64,000 nt of DNA from an uncultured virus (IMG/VR IMGVR_UViG_3300031787_000018). Lineage: Duplodnaviria; Heunggongvirae; Uroviricota; Caudoviricetes. Of the stretch, positions 1 through 8,697 are shown piece by piece (position 1 is the first letter of the stretch; each line of letters opens with the position of its first letter). The stretch lies in the IMG/VR virus record IMGVR_UViG_3300031787_000018, positions 62,001-126,000 of that record, one strand, 5' to 3'. The notes beneath the pieces are model-generated. The model saw nothing but the letters and a program-made list of their open reading frames with translations. It ran no database searches and was not told the DNA's origin. The position numbers and the translations under genes are program-made.

Positions 1-1344
1 TCTTACCACTGTTACATTAGTACCTGGACCCCACTTTCTACCCCTTTCTTTATACACAACAGTATCACCAATAGATAAATTTTTGGTGGATTGATTTATT
101 TTGGTACCTTCTTCACCCATTATTTTATAAAAATTTAAAACTAATCTATACGCAATTTCTTCTTTTGCCTCACTATTTAAATCCTTAGTTACCCCATCTT
201 CATCTAGTGATTTAATAATTTCTGATAATTTAACAATTTGATTTTTATCTTTTAAATTATTTAAAAAATAATAACCAAAATCATCTTGACTAAAATAATC
301 CGACATATCTTCAAAGTTAGAGGTCAAAAGTAAAGAAATATCTAATGTTAAAAAAGGTATATCGTAACCGTTATAGTTATTAAAATAACTATTCATCGGT
401 AAACCCCTATAATTTATTATTATATCATTTAAAAAAGGAACATCTTGAATGACACCATTTAACATTTTAGGGAAAATATGTATGTAACCACGGTTAGTTG
501 TAATACCTGCGACATAAGGTTTTAATTTATCAAGAAAGGTATTAATTTTATTTTTTTTATTTTTTACAATATCACCTACATATTTTTTACAAGCCTCGAT
601 ACCATCTTTAGGTAAGATAGTTATCATAAAAGAAGATTCCATTCTTTGGTCCTCCATCGAATACCATTCCCAATCAATTGGTTTTTCAAAAAAAGGAAAC
701 TTTATATGGACGGCTATTTTGTAATTTCCAACTTCCTGACCTCTAGTTGGGTGTAATTCTTTTTTATCTAACCAAAATATCAAAGAACCTTCTTTAGAGT
801 ATCTATTCCAATAATTTGAATTAGATGTTGACACACACCAACTTGAGTGTATTCCGTATTTACATGAAGCCTCATGTGTTAAAGGTGAAATAAGTAACCA
901 TCTATCATCCTCCCAAATTTTAACCCTATTAGCTGTGGCCGGTTTTAATTCTTCAAAGTACTCACACATTGGTTTTATCCAAAGGTGTGAAACATAAGAG
1001 TTAATATCTTTTGGTGCTTTTTTAATCCTATCAAATTCTTTTTTTTGTTCTTCACTTGGATTTTGGAAGTTTTGTTCACTATATATTGCGGCAACAGTTT
1101 TGTCATTTAAACGATTAGTATTTGTATGAAAACATTTAACCGCATCAATTATTTCATTACCACTTTCCGGTGAAATAATAATATTTTTAACCATCCACTC
1201 AAGGTATTTGTTATTACCTGAGGGGTCGTTTCCAGATAAAGAACGTATGGTTTCTTCATCTACATTATTATATTTTTTAATGACATCCTCTAAACGCCCT
1301 TCATTTATAATCTGCTCTAATATAATGTATTTAATATTTGTCAT
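1..1344 (-). CDS. Phage protein of the DPSGNxKYLxW / ASCxYG..WC paralog family (runs off the window edge)
   Basis: ATG at 1344 on the minus strand gives MTNIKYIILEQIINEGRLEDVIKKY...NDPSGNNKYLEW, with an ASCKYGIHSSWC motif further on; the frame is still open at base 1 (both ends checked by hand); ATATTTAT motif upstream. Confidence 0.85.
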   Translation of the reverse strand, partial: MTNIKYIILEQIINEGRLEDVIKKYNNVDEETIRSLSGNDPSGNNKYLEWMVKNIIISPESGNEIIDAVKCFHTNTNRLNDKTVAAIYSEQNFQNPSEEQKKEFDRIKKAPKDINSYVSHLWIKPMCEYFEELKPATANRVKIWEDDRWLLISPLTHEASCKYGIHSSWCVSTSNSNYWNRYSKEGSLIFWLDKKELHPTRGQEVGNYKIAVHIKFPFFEKPIDWEWYSMEDQRMESSFMITILPKDGIEACKKYVGDIVKNKKNKINTFLDKLKPYVAGITTNRGYIHIFPKMLNGVIQDVPFLNDIIINYRGLPMNSYFNNYNGYDIPFLTLDISLLLTSNFEDMSDYFSQDDFGYYFLNNLKDKNQIVKLSEIIKSLDEDGVTKDLNSEAKEEIAYRLVLNFYKIMGEEGTKINQSTKNLSIGDTVVYKERGRKWGPGTNVTVVR

Positions 1345-1439
1345 GGTATTAATTTAATTATTTATTCTAATAAATAAATATCAATTTATTTGTAATAATA
1401 TCTTGACAGTAATATAAAAAATAAGTAATATTAACTTGT

Positions 1440-1580
1440 AATCGAAACGGTGAGACCGACAACAAAACTCAGACAGTAAGGTTAAGGAAAGATTCGAGTG
1501 AATCATGGAAATAATCGAGGACTGTAATTATAAGAAAGGGTCTCTATTGATTAATAGGAGGTAACCCGAAAGTTACCACA
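1440..1580 (+). ncRNA. Putative structured ncRNA upstream of the tRNA-like pair
   Basis: Non-coding; TTGACA..TAATAT upstream at about 1403-1431; hairpins GATTC-GAGT-GAATC, CTCTATT-GATT-AATAGGAG and GGTAAC-CCGAAA-GTTACC. Confidence 0.4.
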
Positions 1581-1583
1581 TAC

Positions 1584-1656
1584 GCGGAAGTAGTTTAACT
1601 ATTAGAACACAACACATCCTGTGTTGGGGTAACAGTGAAAATCTGATTCTTCTGCT
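1584..1656 (+). tRNA. Atypical tRNA-Gly(TCC)-like RNA
   Basis: Acceptor GCGGAAG/CTTCTGC with U73; anticodon stem CAACA/TGTTG with loop CATCCTG; no D-loop GG; T-loop TGAAAAT. Confidence 0.65.
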
Positions 1657-1665
1657 CTAATAAAC

Positions 1666-1735
1666 GCGGAGGTCGTATAATGTTAATATGTCGTACATCC
1701 TGTATGAAGATTGTGGACGAACCCACACTTCCGCT
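1666..1735 (+). tRNA. Atypical tRNA-Gly(TCC)-like RNA
   Basis: Acceptor GCGGAGG/CTTCCGC with U73; anticodon stem TCGTA/TATGA with the same CATCCTG loop; T-arm TGTGG-ACGAAC-CCACA. Confidence 0.65.
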
Positions 1736-1743
1736 CAACCCAT

Positions 1744-1772
1744 AACCCGATAATAAAATATCGGGTTTTTTT
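1744..1772 (+). terminator. Intrinsic terminator after the tRNA-like pair
   Basis: AACCCGATA-ATAAAA-TATCGGGTT followed by a T run. Confidence 0.8.
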
Positions 1773-1777
1773 ATACG

Positions 1778-2200
1778 ATGGAAAAATTAAAAGTAGGTGA
1801 TTTCGTTTCTTGTTTCTATAGTTTTAGAACTGGTACCGCTTACGGTAAAGTTTTAAAAATACATGATTTAAAAAATAATATAGATTGTGATGAATACGGT
1901 CCTATTATTACAGGTATGGGTGATGAGAATAGTAAACTTAAAGTAACCGTAAAAATATTAGGTTATGATATGGGTGAAGATTACGGTATTAACAGTTTAG
2001 GTGAAATTGTTGAAGATGTTGAAGAGACTAGGGAGTTGGATGTACATAAAATTTTCTACATTATAGATGAGAAACTAATTCGTGAAATGAGAATTGAGTG
2101 GGAGAATTTAATGAAAAAGAAGTTAGATTTCTTATATAAAAACATTAATAGGGATGTTTTGTCAGGCAGAAAAACCATCAAAGGGTTAAATATGACTTAA
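1778..2200 (+). CDS. Hypothetical protein (KVGD-start family)
   Basis: 140 aa ORF; its stop codon lies inside the degenerate first CRISPR repeat. Confidence 0.75.
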   Translation: MEKLKVGDFVSCFYSFRTGTAYGKVLKIHDLKNNIDCDEYGPIITGMGDENSKLKVTVKILGYDMGEDYGINSLGEIVEDVEETRELDVHKIFYIIDEKLIREMRIEWENLMKKKLDFLYKNINRDVLSGRKTIKGLNMT

Positions 2201-2429
2201 TAAACCTTTCGTTTATGGGTCTCCCACAACCAAGGTTTAAAAAGGGATCTTAAAAAATGGACTGTAGACACCTTTCGTTTATGGGTCTCCCACAACAAAC
2301 TTGCGGTGGAGTGGGGAGTTAAATTTAGCTGTAGACACCTTTCGTTTATGGGTCTCCCACAACAGTTCATCAACCGTACCGTCAATTGGTGAAGCTGTAG
2401 ACACCTTTCGTTTATGGGTCTCCCACAAC
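2195..2429 (+). CRISPR. CRISPR mini-array: 4 x 36-bp repeats and 3 spacers (30/31/30 nt), type VI-B-like repeat, no cas genes in the window
   Basis: Repeat GCTGTAGACACCTTTCGTTTATGGGTCTCCCACAAC at 2328-2363 and 2394-2429, one mismatch at 2261-2296, 5'-degenerate at 2195-2230; three unique spacers; strand inferred from resemblance to Cas13b repeats. Confidence 0.85.
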
Positions 2430-2737
2430 ATATTAACACATATTTTCTGAAATTCTGGGTAAGAAACCCCCATTTTTTGACATTTTTTCCAGATTTTACC
2501 ATAATCAACATATAAAACCGGTTTCTGATCACCAGTATCTATATTATCTAAAAATAAAAAATCCCCATTTTTATCAATATATTTTGTCCATCCTGGTTGT
2601 TTTTTTGATCCTACCAAGTTACATTCTGATAATTTATCATAAATAAATTTTTCTGCCTCAGATAATTCTGGAATATCATCAAACCAATCTAAATTTTCTA
2701 TGGATTCTTTTAATATTTTTTTAATTAAATTCCTCAT
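2279..2737 (-). CDS. MRNLIKKILKE-leader protein whose C-terminus is read from the CRISPR array
   Basis: Leader shared with many paralogs; ATATTTAT at 2743-2750 on the minus strand; the repeat translates as LWETHKRKVSTA twice. Confidence 0.8.
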   Translation of the reverse strand: MRNLIKKILKESIENLDWFDDIPELSEAEKFIYDKLSECNLVGSKKQPGWTKYIDKNGDFLFLDNIDTGDQKPVLYVDYGKIWKKCQKMGVSYPEFQKICVNMLWETHKRKVSTASPIDGTVDELLWETHKRKVSTAKFNSPLHRKFVVGDP

Positions 2738-2794
2738 ATCATATAAATATTTTGTATATTTGTAAAAATTAAAATAAATAGACCTCTCTAAGAG

Positions 2795-3313
2795 ATGGAA
2801 AATTTAGTATTAAAAGGTAAAATAATATTTGATCCTGAAAACAGAACCAGGAAACACAACCGTCAGGCTGATTGGAAACGTATTGCCATGGTTCATTTTG
2901 ATGGTGAGATGTGTGATTATTATGCTTGGTTTATTGAACGTAGATATAATATAAAACTAAATAAACCACTTAGAGGTTCACACATTACCTTTATTAATGA
3001 TAGTACTAAGGACCTGACTAAGAATTTTACAATACCCGTCAAAGTTATTAATGACAATTGGTCTAAACTTAAAGATAAGTGGGATGGTAAAGAAATAGAA
3101 GTTACTTTAAACCTAGATTTACGTTCCAACGGGGAACATTGGTGGATGAAAGTTCATTCACAATCATTCGAGGATATTAGAACCGAAATAGAATTAGGTA
3201 GACCTTTCTTTAACTATCACATGACTATTGGTTATGCTAATGAACGTAATATAGAACATTCTGAATATATTGTTGGTCTCATAGATAAATTTGGTAATAA
3301 TTATGGTATATAA
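2795..3313 (+). CDS. 2H phosphoesterase family protein (possibly Acb1/T4 gp57B-like)
   Basis: Two HxT motifs, SHITF and YHMTI, about 78 aa apart in a 172 aa protein. Confidence 0.7.
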   Translation: MENLVLKGKIIFDPENRTRKHNRQADWKRIAMVHFDGEMCDYYAWFIERRYNIKLNKPLRGSHITFINDSTKDLTKNFTIPVKVINDNWSKLKDKWDGKEIEVTLNLDLRSNGEHWWMKVHSQSFEDIRTEIELGRPFFNYHMTIGYANERNIEHSEYIVGLIDKFGNNYGI

Positions 3314-3340
3314 TACCAACAAATTGATTATAATTGTAAA

Positions 3341-3892
3341 ATGAAAATTATAGAAACTAAAATAAAAGATTTGGTTATCATTAAACCAAAAGTTTTTAAA
3401 GATGACAGAGGTCATTTTCTTGAAACTTATAATCAAACCGTGTTTGAAAAATTGGGCATAAATTTCGGTGACTTTCACCAAGACAATCAATCTTTATCTA
3501 AAAAAGGTGTATTAAGAGGTTTACACTTTCAAAAGGGTGAACACGCCCAAGCCAAATTGGTTAGAGTTATAAAAGGTTCAGTTTTAGATGTGGCGGTTGA
3601 CCTGAGAGAAGGTTCACCAACTTACGGTGAATGGAAATCTGTTTTGTTAACTAGTGATAATAATGTTATGTTTTTTATACCGGAAGGTTTTGCACATGGA
3701 TTTATTACACTAGAAGATGATACAATATTTAGTTACAAATGTAATAAACCTTACAACAAAGAATTTGAATCCGGTATTTTGTGGAATGATCCTGATTTAA
3801 ACATAGATTGGATGTTATACGGTGATGAACCAATAATGTCAGGAAAAGACCTAACTTTACCAACCCTTGAGGAATTAAATCAAAACTTATAA
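3341..3892 (+). CDS. rfbC: dTDP-4-dehydrorhamnose 3,5-epimerase
   Basis: DDRGHFLE, QDNQSLSKKGVLRGLHFQ, DVAVDLR..SPTYG, GFAHGF and WNDPDL motifs. Confidence 0.97.
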   Translation: MKIIETKIKDLVIIKPKVFKDDRGHFLETYNQTVFEKLGINFGDFHQDNQSLSKKGVLRGLHFQKGEHAQAKLVRVIKGSVLDVAVDLREGSPTYGEWKSVLLTSDNNVMFFIPEGFAHGFITLEDDTIFSYKCNKPYNKEFESGILWNDPDLNIDWMLYGDEPIMSGKDLTLPTLEELNQNL

Positions 3893-3906
3893 AATTTTAA
3901 AATTGA

Positions 3907-4311
3907 ATGGAAAAATTTAAAGTGGGTGATGTCGTTAGATTGACCAATGGTTTGACTGCAAAGGTTTTAAATAAACCTGGTACTTTTATGTCAAACGGTT
4001 CTTATGAAATAATGTTGGTGGAGTATACTATGAACGGTAGGATTTTACCTATAAAAGACAGTAAAAAATGGATTAAACCTGACGAAATTGCCTATAGTTT
4101 AACACAAACTGACACACATGAACCTCTTGAAAATTACATGGAAATTATCTATAACGGTCAAGAAATAGTCTTCATACCAAAAGATATTAGTAAAGTAGAA
4201 TTGGTTAAAGATGAAAACGGTTTTCAAACAATCAGACTCCATTATGAAGGTCACATACATGGTAGTATAAACATTCTAATTGGTGATAATAAAATAGAAA
4301 ATAATGGGTAA
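3907..4311 (+). CDS. Hypothetical protein (KVGD-start family)
   Basis: 134 aa ORF in operon context. Confidence 0.7.
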   Translation: MEKFKVGDVVRLTNGLTAKVLNKPGTFMSNGSYEIMLVEYTMNGRILPIKDSKKWIKPDEIAYSLTQTDTHEPLENYMEIIYNGQEIVFIPKDISKVELVKDENGFQTIRLHYEGHIHGSINILIGDNKIENNG

Positions 4312-4385
4312 GATTTTGTCAAAATGACCAAACAAACATGGAAAATCTAAGTTTAATTTATTAATGTTAGATAAAAGTTTTAAAT

Positions 4386-5327
4386 ATGAATAAGAAAGAA
4401 TTAAAAAACCTAAATAAAGATTTGGAAATACATTTGGTTGACATAATCAACATGTTTGACCCTTCTAAGACAAATAAATACACTAAATTCTTAGTTGATA
4501 TGTTTAAAAATTATATTTCTGAAAAAAATGAAAAAATTTCAAATAGGGACATACCATTAATTGGTAAAATAACTGGGGTGAAAGATGATAATGAGTTTTT
4601 ATATAAAATACCACAATCTAAAAATGAACTAGAAGAAGTATTAGTTGATTATATTCACGATGTTTTTAGTTATGAAAGATTAGAATCCTTACACAAATTT
4701 GACTACCATTTAAAGTTTGGTAGAATACCTCTTGAATATCGTGATATAAACAAATGTAATAGTTGGGACGATATTGTTCGTCTTAGTTCTTTAGCTACAA
4801 TTAAAGAAAAAGAAAAATCACTAGAAAAAGAAATTTTAAAAGTTTACGAAGATAATTCTTGGCTCGCAATTAAACCATTAACTTTTAAAGCTTCATTGGC
4901 ATATGGTTCTGGCACAAAATGGTGTACAGCCTCAAAAAACAACAAAGATTATTTTTATAGATATTCTAGAAATGGTGTTTTGATTTATGTAATTAGTAAG
5001 GAAAGTGGTAGAAAATTTGGTGTGTATTATACTGATTATGATGTGTTAACACCAGAATTTTCTGTATGGAATGAAATTGATAATAGAATTGACACTATTC
5101 AAACGGGTATACCTTCTGATGTGATGTCTGAAATTTATAAAAATTGTGTATCAGATATGAAAAACGTAAAATATTTTTCTGAAGAAGAATACCTAAAAAG
5201 TGAAAAGTATTATATACCAGAAGTAGTACCGATACAACAAATTGACGAAGAAGAAGCTAATATCATATATAATTATGGTGTTGATTACGAGACACCAGAC
5301 ACACCCCCAAGAGAAACCGATTTTTAA
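4386..5327 (+). CDS. DPS..NKY / YG.GTKWC paralog family protein (no leader)
   Basis: DPSKTNKYTKF and ASLAYGSGTKWCTAS motifs shared with four other ORFs in the window. Confidence 0.8.
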   Translation: MNKKELKNLNKDLEIHLVDIINMFDPSKTNKYTKFLVDMFKNYISEKNEKISNRDIPLIGKITGVKDDNEFLYKIPQSKNELEEVLVDYIHDVFSYERLESLHKFDYHLKFGRIPLEYRDINKCNSWDDIVRLSSLATIKEKEKSLEKEILKVYEDNSWLAIKPLTFKASLAYGSGTKWCTASKNNKDYFYRYSRNGVLIYVISKESGRKFGVYYTDYDVLTPEFSVWNEIDNRIDTIQTGIPSDVMSEIYKNCVSDMKNVKYFSEEEYLKSEKYYIPEVVPIQQIDEEEANIIYNYGVDYETPDTPPRETDF

Positions 5328-5352
5328 TAATTAAAAAAATAAAAAATATAAT

Positions 5353-5589
5353 ATGTTATTTGTAATTGAAGAAAATAAAACAAAAATGGCTCCACTAAAA
5401 AGCGGAGCTTTGATTGAATTAGACACATTTGGAAATGTGTGGTATAAATCTGATATAGATGTTGTGTTAGGTAAAGTTGTCAAGGATAAGTTTATACCTT
5501 TAACCAATAAAGAATTTAATTCAGATATGTTATTAGCGATAGCTAAAGTAGTCAACCAAGAAAGTATTGTTGATGAAATAAAAAAGTAA
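5353..5589 (+). CDS. Hypothetical protein
   Basis: 78 aa ORF followed by a terminator hairpin at about 5599-5622. Confidence 0.65.
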   Translation: MLFVIEENKTKMAPLKSGALIELDTFGNVWYKSDIDVVLGKVVKDKFIPLTNKEFNSDMLLAIAKVVNQESIVDEIKK

Positions 5590-5644
5590 TTCTTTATGAA
5601 ACCCCTTTACCGAGGGGTTTTTTATTTTAAGATGATATTTATTA

Positions 5645-6841
5645 ATGATGAATACTATCCGTAAAATTATTAAAGAACAATTACTCACTGAAAAGGCTGG
5701 AATATCGGAAATTGTTAGAAAATGGGCTACAATATTAAAAAATGAAGTAGACGAAAATTTAAAAATTCATAGAGAAGAACAACACAAAAAATATTCCCAA
5801 AAAACAAAGGGTATTTCATACCCATCCATGAGTGATATTTTTGATGTAAATTTAGATAAGCCTGTAAACCCTGAAGATGATCCTTTTTATTGGGAGGATG
5901 ACACTAGTAAAGGAAAAAATTATTATAAGAAAGGTTATGATGATTATATGAGAGAGGATTATAGGTCTAGACAGAGTTACAGTCAAATGTACGAACCTTT
6001 AGCCGAGGTTGTGGTATACGGTGAGGATTACCCCAAAGAATACGAAGAATTTTCAGTAGATGTTTGGGTTCTAACAAATAGTAATCGTATTGAGTATGAC
6101 CATTATGAATCTGGTTATGATGAAGATGGTTATTATATTGTTTACCTTAATATACCTTTAGCTGCCATGAGTATGTCCACTTTTATTCATGAAATTAAAC
6201 ATGCTTACGATGATTGGAATAGGATGCGAACCGGTGGTAAACCAATAAGAGATAGTTGGGAAATTAAAAATATATACACAAAAGATTTTGAAAAGTTAAT
6301 ACTAGGTGCTTCGGTAAACTTTCCACAATTGGGTCCTATAATTCGTAATTATTATATGGGTTCTAAATTGGAAACACCTGCTTACTTGGAAAACGAATAT
6401 GACAACGCAATGGTAAACTATCAAGATATTGGTAAAAAATTGATGAATTTTAAAGCATCTACTTTTATGACCAAGGAAGGTGAACCGGCTAGAGGTTTGG
6501 GGGATGAGTTTAAAAAACTACAAAGTTACGATATACCTTTATTCAAAAAATTTGATAATGTTTTAGATTTTTTAAGGTATACAGAAAAATATTTCAACCA
6601 AAGAGGTGAAGACATTTTTAGACGAGTTAACAAAATGAGATACGTTCACGGTTTACCGGCTAAACAAGAACCTAAAAAATGGGAACCAAGTACAAAAACA
6701 CAAAAAACAACAAGTACGAAGGGTACACAACAAGACCTTTTTAGTTCAAGTGAAGATTTTGATGATTGGAAATATTCTAGAGAAAGGGGTTGGTATTATG
6801 CTGGTAAAGGTGGTGAAGATTTTAATGATTATTATTACTAA
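5645..6841 (+). CDS. Leader-bearing HExxH zinc-metallopeptidase-like protein
   Basis: IRKIIKEQLLTE leader; FIHEIKHAY with a downstream LETPAYLE; paralog of 7471-8253. Confidence 0.7.
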   Translation: MMNTIRKIIKEQLLTEKAGISEIVRKWATILKNEVDENLKIHREEQHKKYSQKTKGISYPSMSDIFDVNLDKPVNPEDDPFYWEDDTSKGKNYYKKGYDDYMREDYRSRQSYSQMYEPLAEVVVYGEDYPKEYEEFSVDVWVLTNSNRIEYDHYESGYDEDGYYIVYLNIPLAAMSMSTFIHEIKHAYDDWNRMRTGGKPIRDSWEIKNIYTKDFEKLILGASVNFPQLGPIIRNYYMGSKLETPAYLENEYDNAMVNYQDIGKKLMNFKASTFMTKEGEPARGLGDEFKKLQSYDIPLFKKFDNVLDFLRYTEKYFNQRGEDIFRRVNKMRYVHGLPAKQEPKKWEPSTKTQKTTSTKGTQQDLFSSSEDFDDWKYSRERGWYYAGKGGEDFNDYYY

Positions 6842-6851
6842 ATTAAATTAA

Positions 6852-7481
6852 ATGAACATTAGAAAAATAATAAAAGAAACTTTATTATTGGAAATAGGTG
6901 AAGCCAATGTAGAACCATTCATGTGGAAGTTGGCTAACAAGACAGACGATTTTTATATCTATGAATTTAAAACGGCTGGAGGTTCAAACTTAAACATAAA
7001 TGTTACGTTTTATAAATTAAGTCCCAAGATGATGTCTAACTTAGTTGATAGAGACAGAAGATTACCAGAGGAGGCAATTAATTTAATTAAAAAAAATCCT
7101 ACGGGTTATTGGGATGTTGAGTTTACTGTTGAAGAAGACAGAGGTAGTGCACTTGATAATCCTTATCTTACAATTAGTAAATCAGAGTTTAAATCAGATA
7201 AAATAGAGTTATTTAAAATATTATCCACCTTAAACAAAATTGTTAATGATTTTTTGTATAAAGAAAAAAATGTCAGAGGACTTACTTTTAAACCAGTAAA
7301 TAGAAAAAGGGGGATGTTGTTTTTAACTTATTTTAAAAAACTTTTACCTGATGCACAAAAAATGGTAACACATTATGGTGTTCATATTATTGTTTTGGAT
7401 AAAAATTTAAATAAAGTGGATACAAGATTAAAAAAACAATCTTATCTGGATAGAAAAACGTTTGGTGATGATGAATATTAA
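6852..7481 (+). CDS. Leader-bearing hypothetical protein
   Basis: MNIRKIIKETLLLE leader, 209 aa. Confidence 0.8.
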   Translation: MNIRKIIKETLLLEIGEANVEPFMWKLANKTDDFYIYEFKTAGGSNLNINVTFYKLSPKMMSNLVDRDRRLPEEAINLIKKNPTGYWDVEFTVEEDRGSALDNPYLTISKSEFKSDKIELFKILSTLNKIVNDFLYKEKNVRGLTFKPVNRKRGMLFLTYFKKLLPDAQKMVTHYGVHIIVLDKNLNKVDTRLKKQSYLDRKTFGDDEY

Positions 7482-8253
7482 AAAAATAATAAAAAATATT
7501 CTAACAGAAAGTGCTGGTATCTCTTTTGAAGTAAGAGCTTGGTCTGATATTATTTATAACCTGTTGATAAATAACTCTGGTGATGAATTAATAGTTGATG
7601 GTCAAGAATATCCAGAAATATTTGAAAAATTTTCTGTTGATTATTTTGTTATTGATTTTAATAAAAGATTAAATGGTTATTTAAATGAAACTTCTGGTTA
7701 TGATAAAGACGGTAATTATGTGGTTCATATTTTAATTTTAGACAAACTTAAAGGTCACCCTTATTTAAAAACCGTTTTAAATCACGAAATCAAACACGCA
7801 TACCAAGATTGGCAAAGAATAAGTAAAGGTTATCCAAACATTAATTCAACAAAGGAATCCATAAACATGTATACTCGTGATTTTATCAAAGTTTTAAATA
7901 ATGAAACCCAAGTTAGTCAGATTTTTAAAGATGTATTAAAAGGTTATTACTTATTGTCAGACTTAGAGTTAGACGCTTTTATGGAAAATGTTTATGACCG
8001 AGACATGATGAATGATTACAGAGGAATGGTTTCGGAGTTAAAAAATTTATATGTGTTCAAAGACCTTCGTCATATAAGCCCAAAAATTTTAAAAAACGAT
8101 TGGTCTCTTTTGATAAACATGGACATACCTTTTTTAAAAAAATATAAAAATTACAATTCATTTTTGAAAAAATCTAACGAATATTTTAAAACAAGAAGTG
8201 AGGAAATAATTCGTAAATTAAATAAAATGGAATATGTTCACAGAGGAAGATAA
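7471..8253 (+). CDS. Leader-bearing HExxH zinc-metallopeptidase-like protein
   Basis: MNIKKIIKNILTE leader; LNHEIKHAYQ; SGYD.DG.Y motif shared with 5645-6841. Confidence 0.7.
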   Translation: MNIKKIIKNILTESAGISFEVRAWSDIIYNLLINNSGDELIVDGQEYPEIFEKFSVDYFVIDFNKRLNGYLNETSGYDKDGNYVVHILILDKLKGHPYLKTVLNHEIKHAYQDWQRISKGYPNINSTKESINMYTRDFIKVLNNETQVSQIFKDVLKGYYLLSDLELDAFMENVYDRDMMNDYRGMVSELKNLYVFKDLRHISPKILKNDWSLLINMDIPFLKKYKNYNSFLKKSNEYFKTRSEEIIRKLNKMEYVHRGR

Positions 8254-8363
8254 ACATCCCGATATTATTTTATTAGAAAATAAATTAATTAAAGTTGTTG
8301 GTGAAGAAGAGTATGAAAGAGCTGCTATATTGAAAAAGTGGATTGACTTGTTAGAAGAATACC

Positions 8364-8660
8364 ATGAAAAGAAAAATATTAAGAAAAATAATAAAAGAAG
8401 AACTTCTTAGAGAACAAATTGTTTGTCACTTAGTAGCACCCAAAGGTAAAGGTAAGGGTGGTTACATGAGTAATGAAGAGGCTTTGGATTTAATAGATAA
8501 AATACAAATAGGGGGTCGAAAAGAAATTCATGACCCACAACTTTGGGCAAAATTTGTTGAGACATTATCCGAATTTAGACAAAACATTAAAAATATTGAC
8601 ACCAACAACGATACTGTAGACACTTATTTACACAAATTGAGAGATTTGATTGGTTGTTAG
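8364..8660 (+). CDS. Leader-bearing hypothetical protein
   Basis: LRKIIKEELLRE leader. Confidence 0.75.
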   Translation: MKRKILRKIIKEELLREQIVCHLVAPKGKGKGGYMSNEEALDLIDKIQIGGRKEIHDPQLWAKFVETLSEFRQNIKNIDTNNDTVDTYLHKLRDLIGC

Positions 8661-8697
8661 TCTTTTTAATTTCACAAATTTTTCATACTATTGTTTT

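Noticed and set aside
2195..2429. Simple coding tandem repeat or TIGR-type array
   Set aside because: Repeats are conserved at nucleotide level with fully unique 30-31 nt spacers and a 66-67 nt period, which fits CRISPR rather than a protein repeat or a 36-nt TIGR unit
2197..2532. 111 aa minus-strand ORF with CCGRPINERCLQL repeats
   Set aside because: An alternative-frame translation of the CRISPR repeats; the overlapping 2279-2737 frame has the leader and upstream motif
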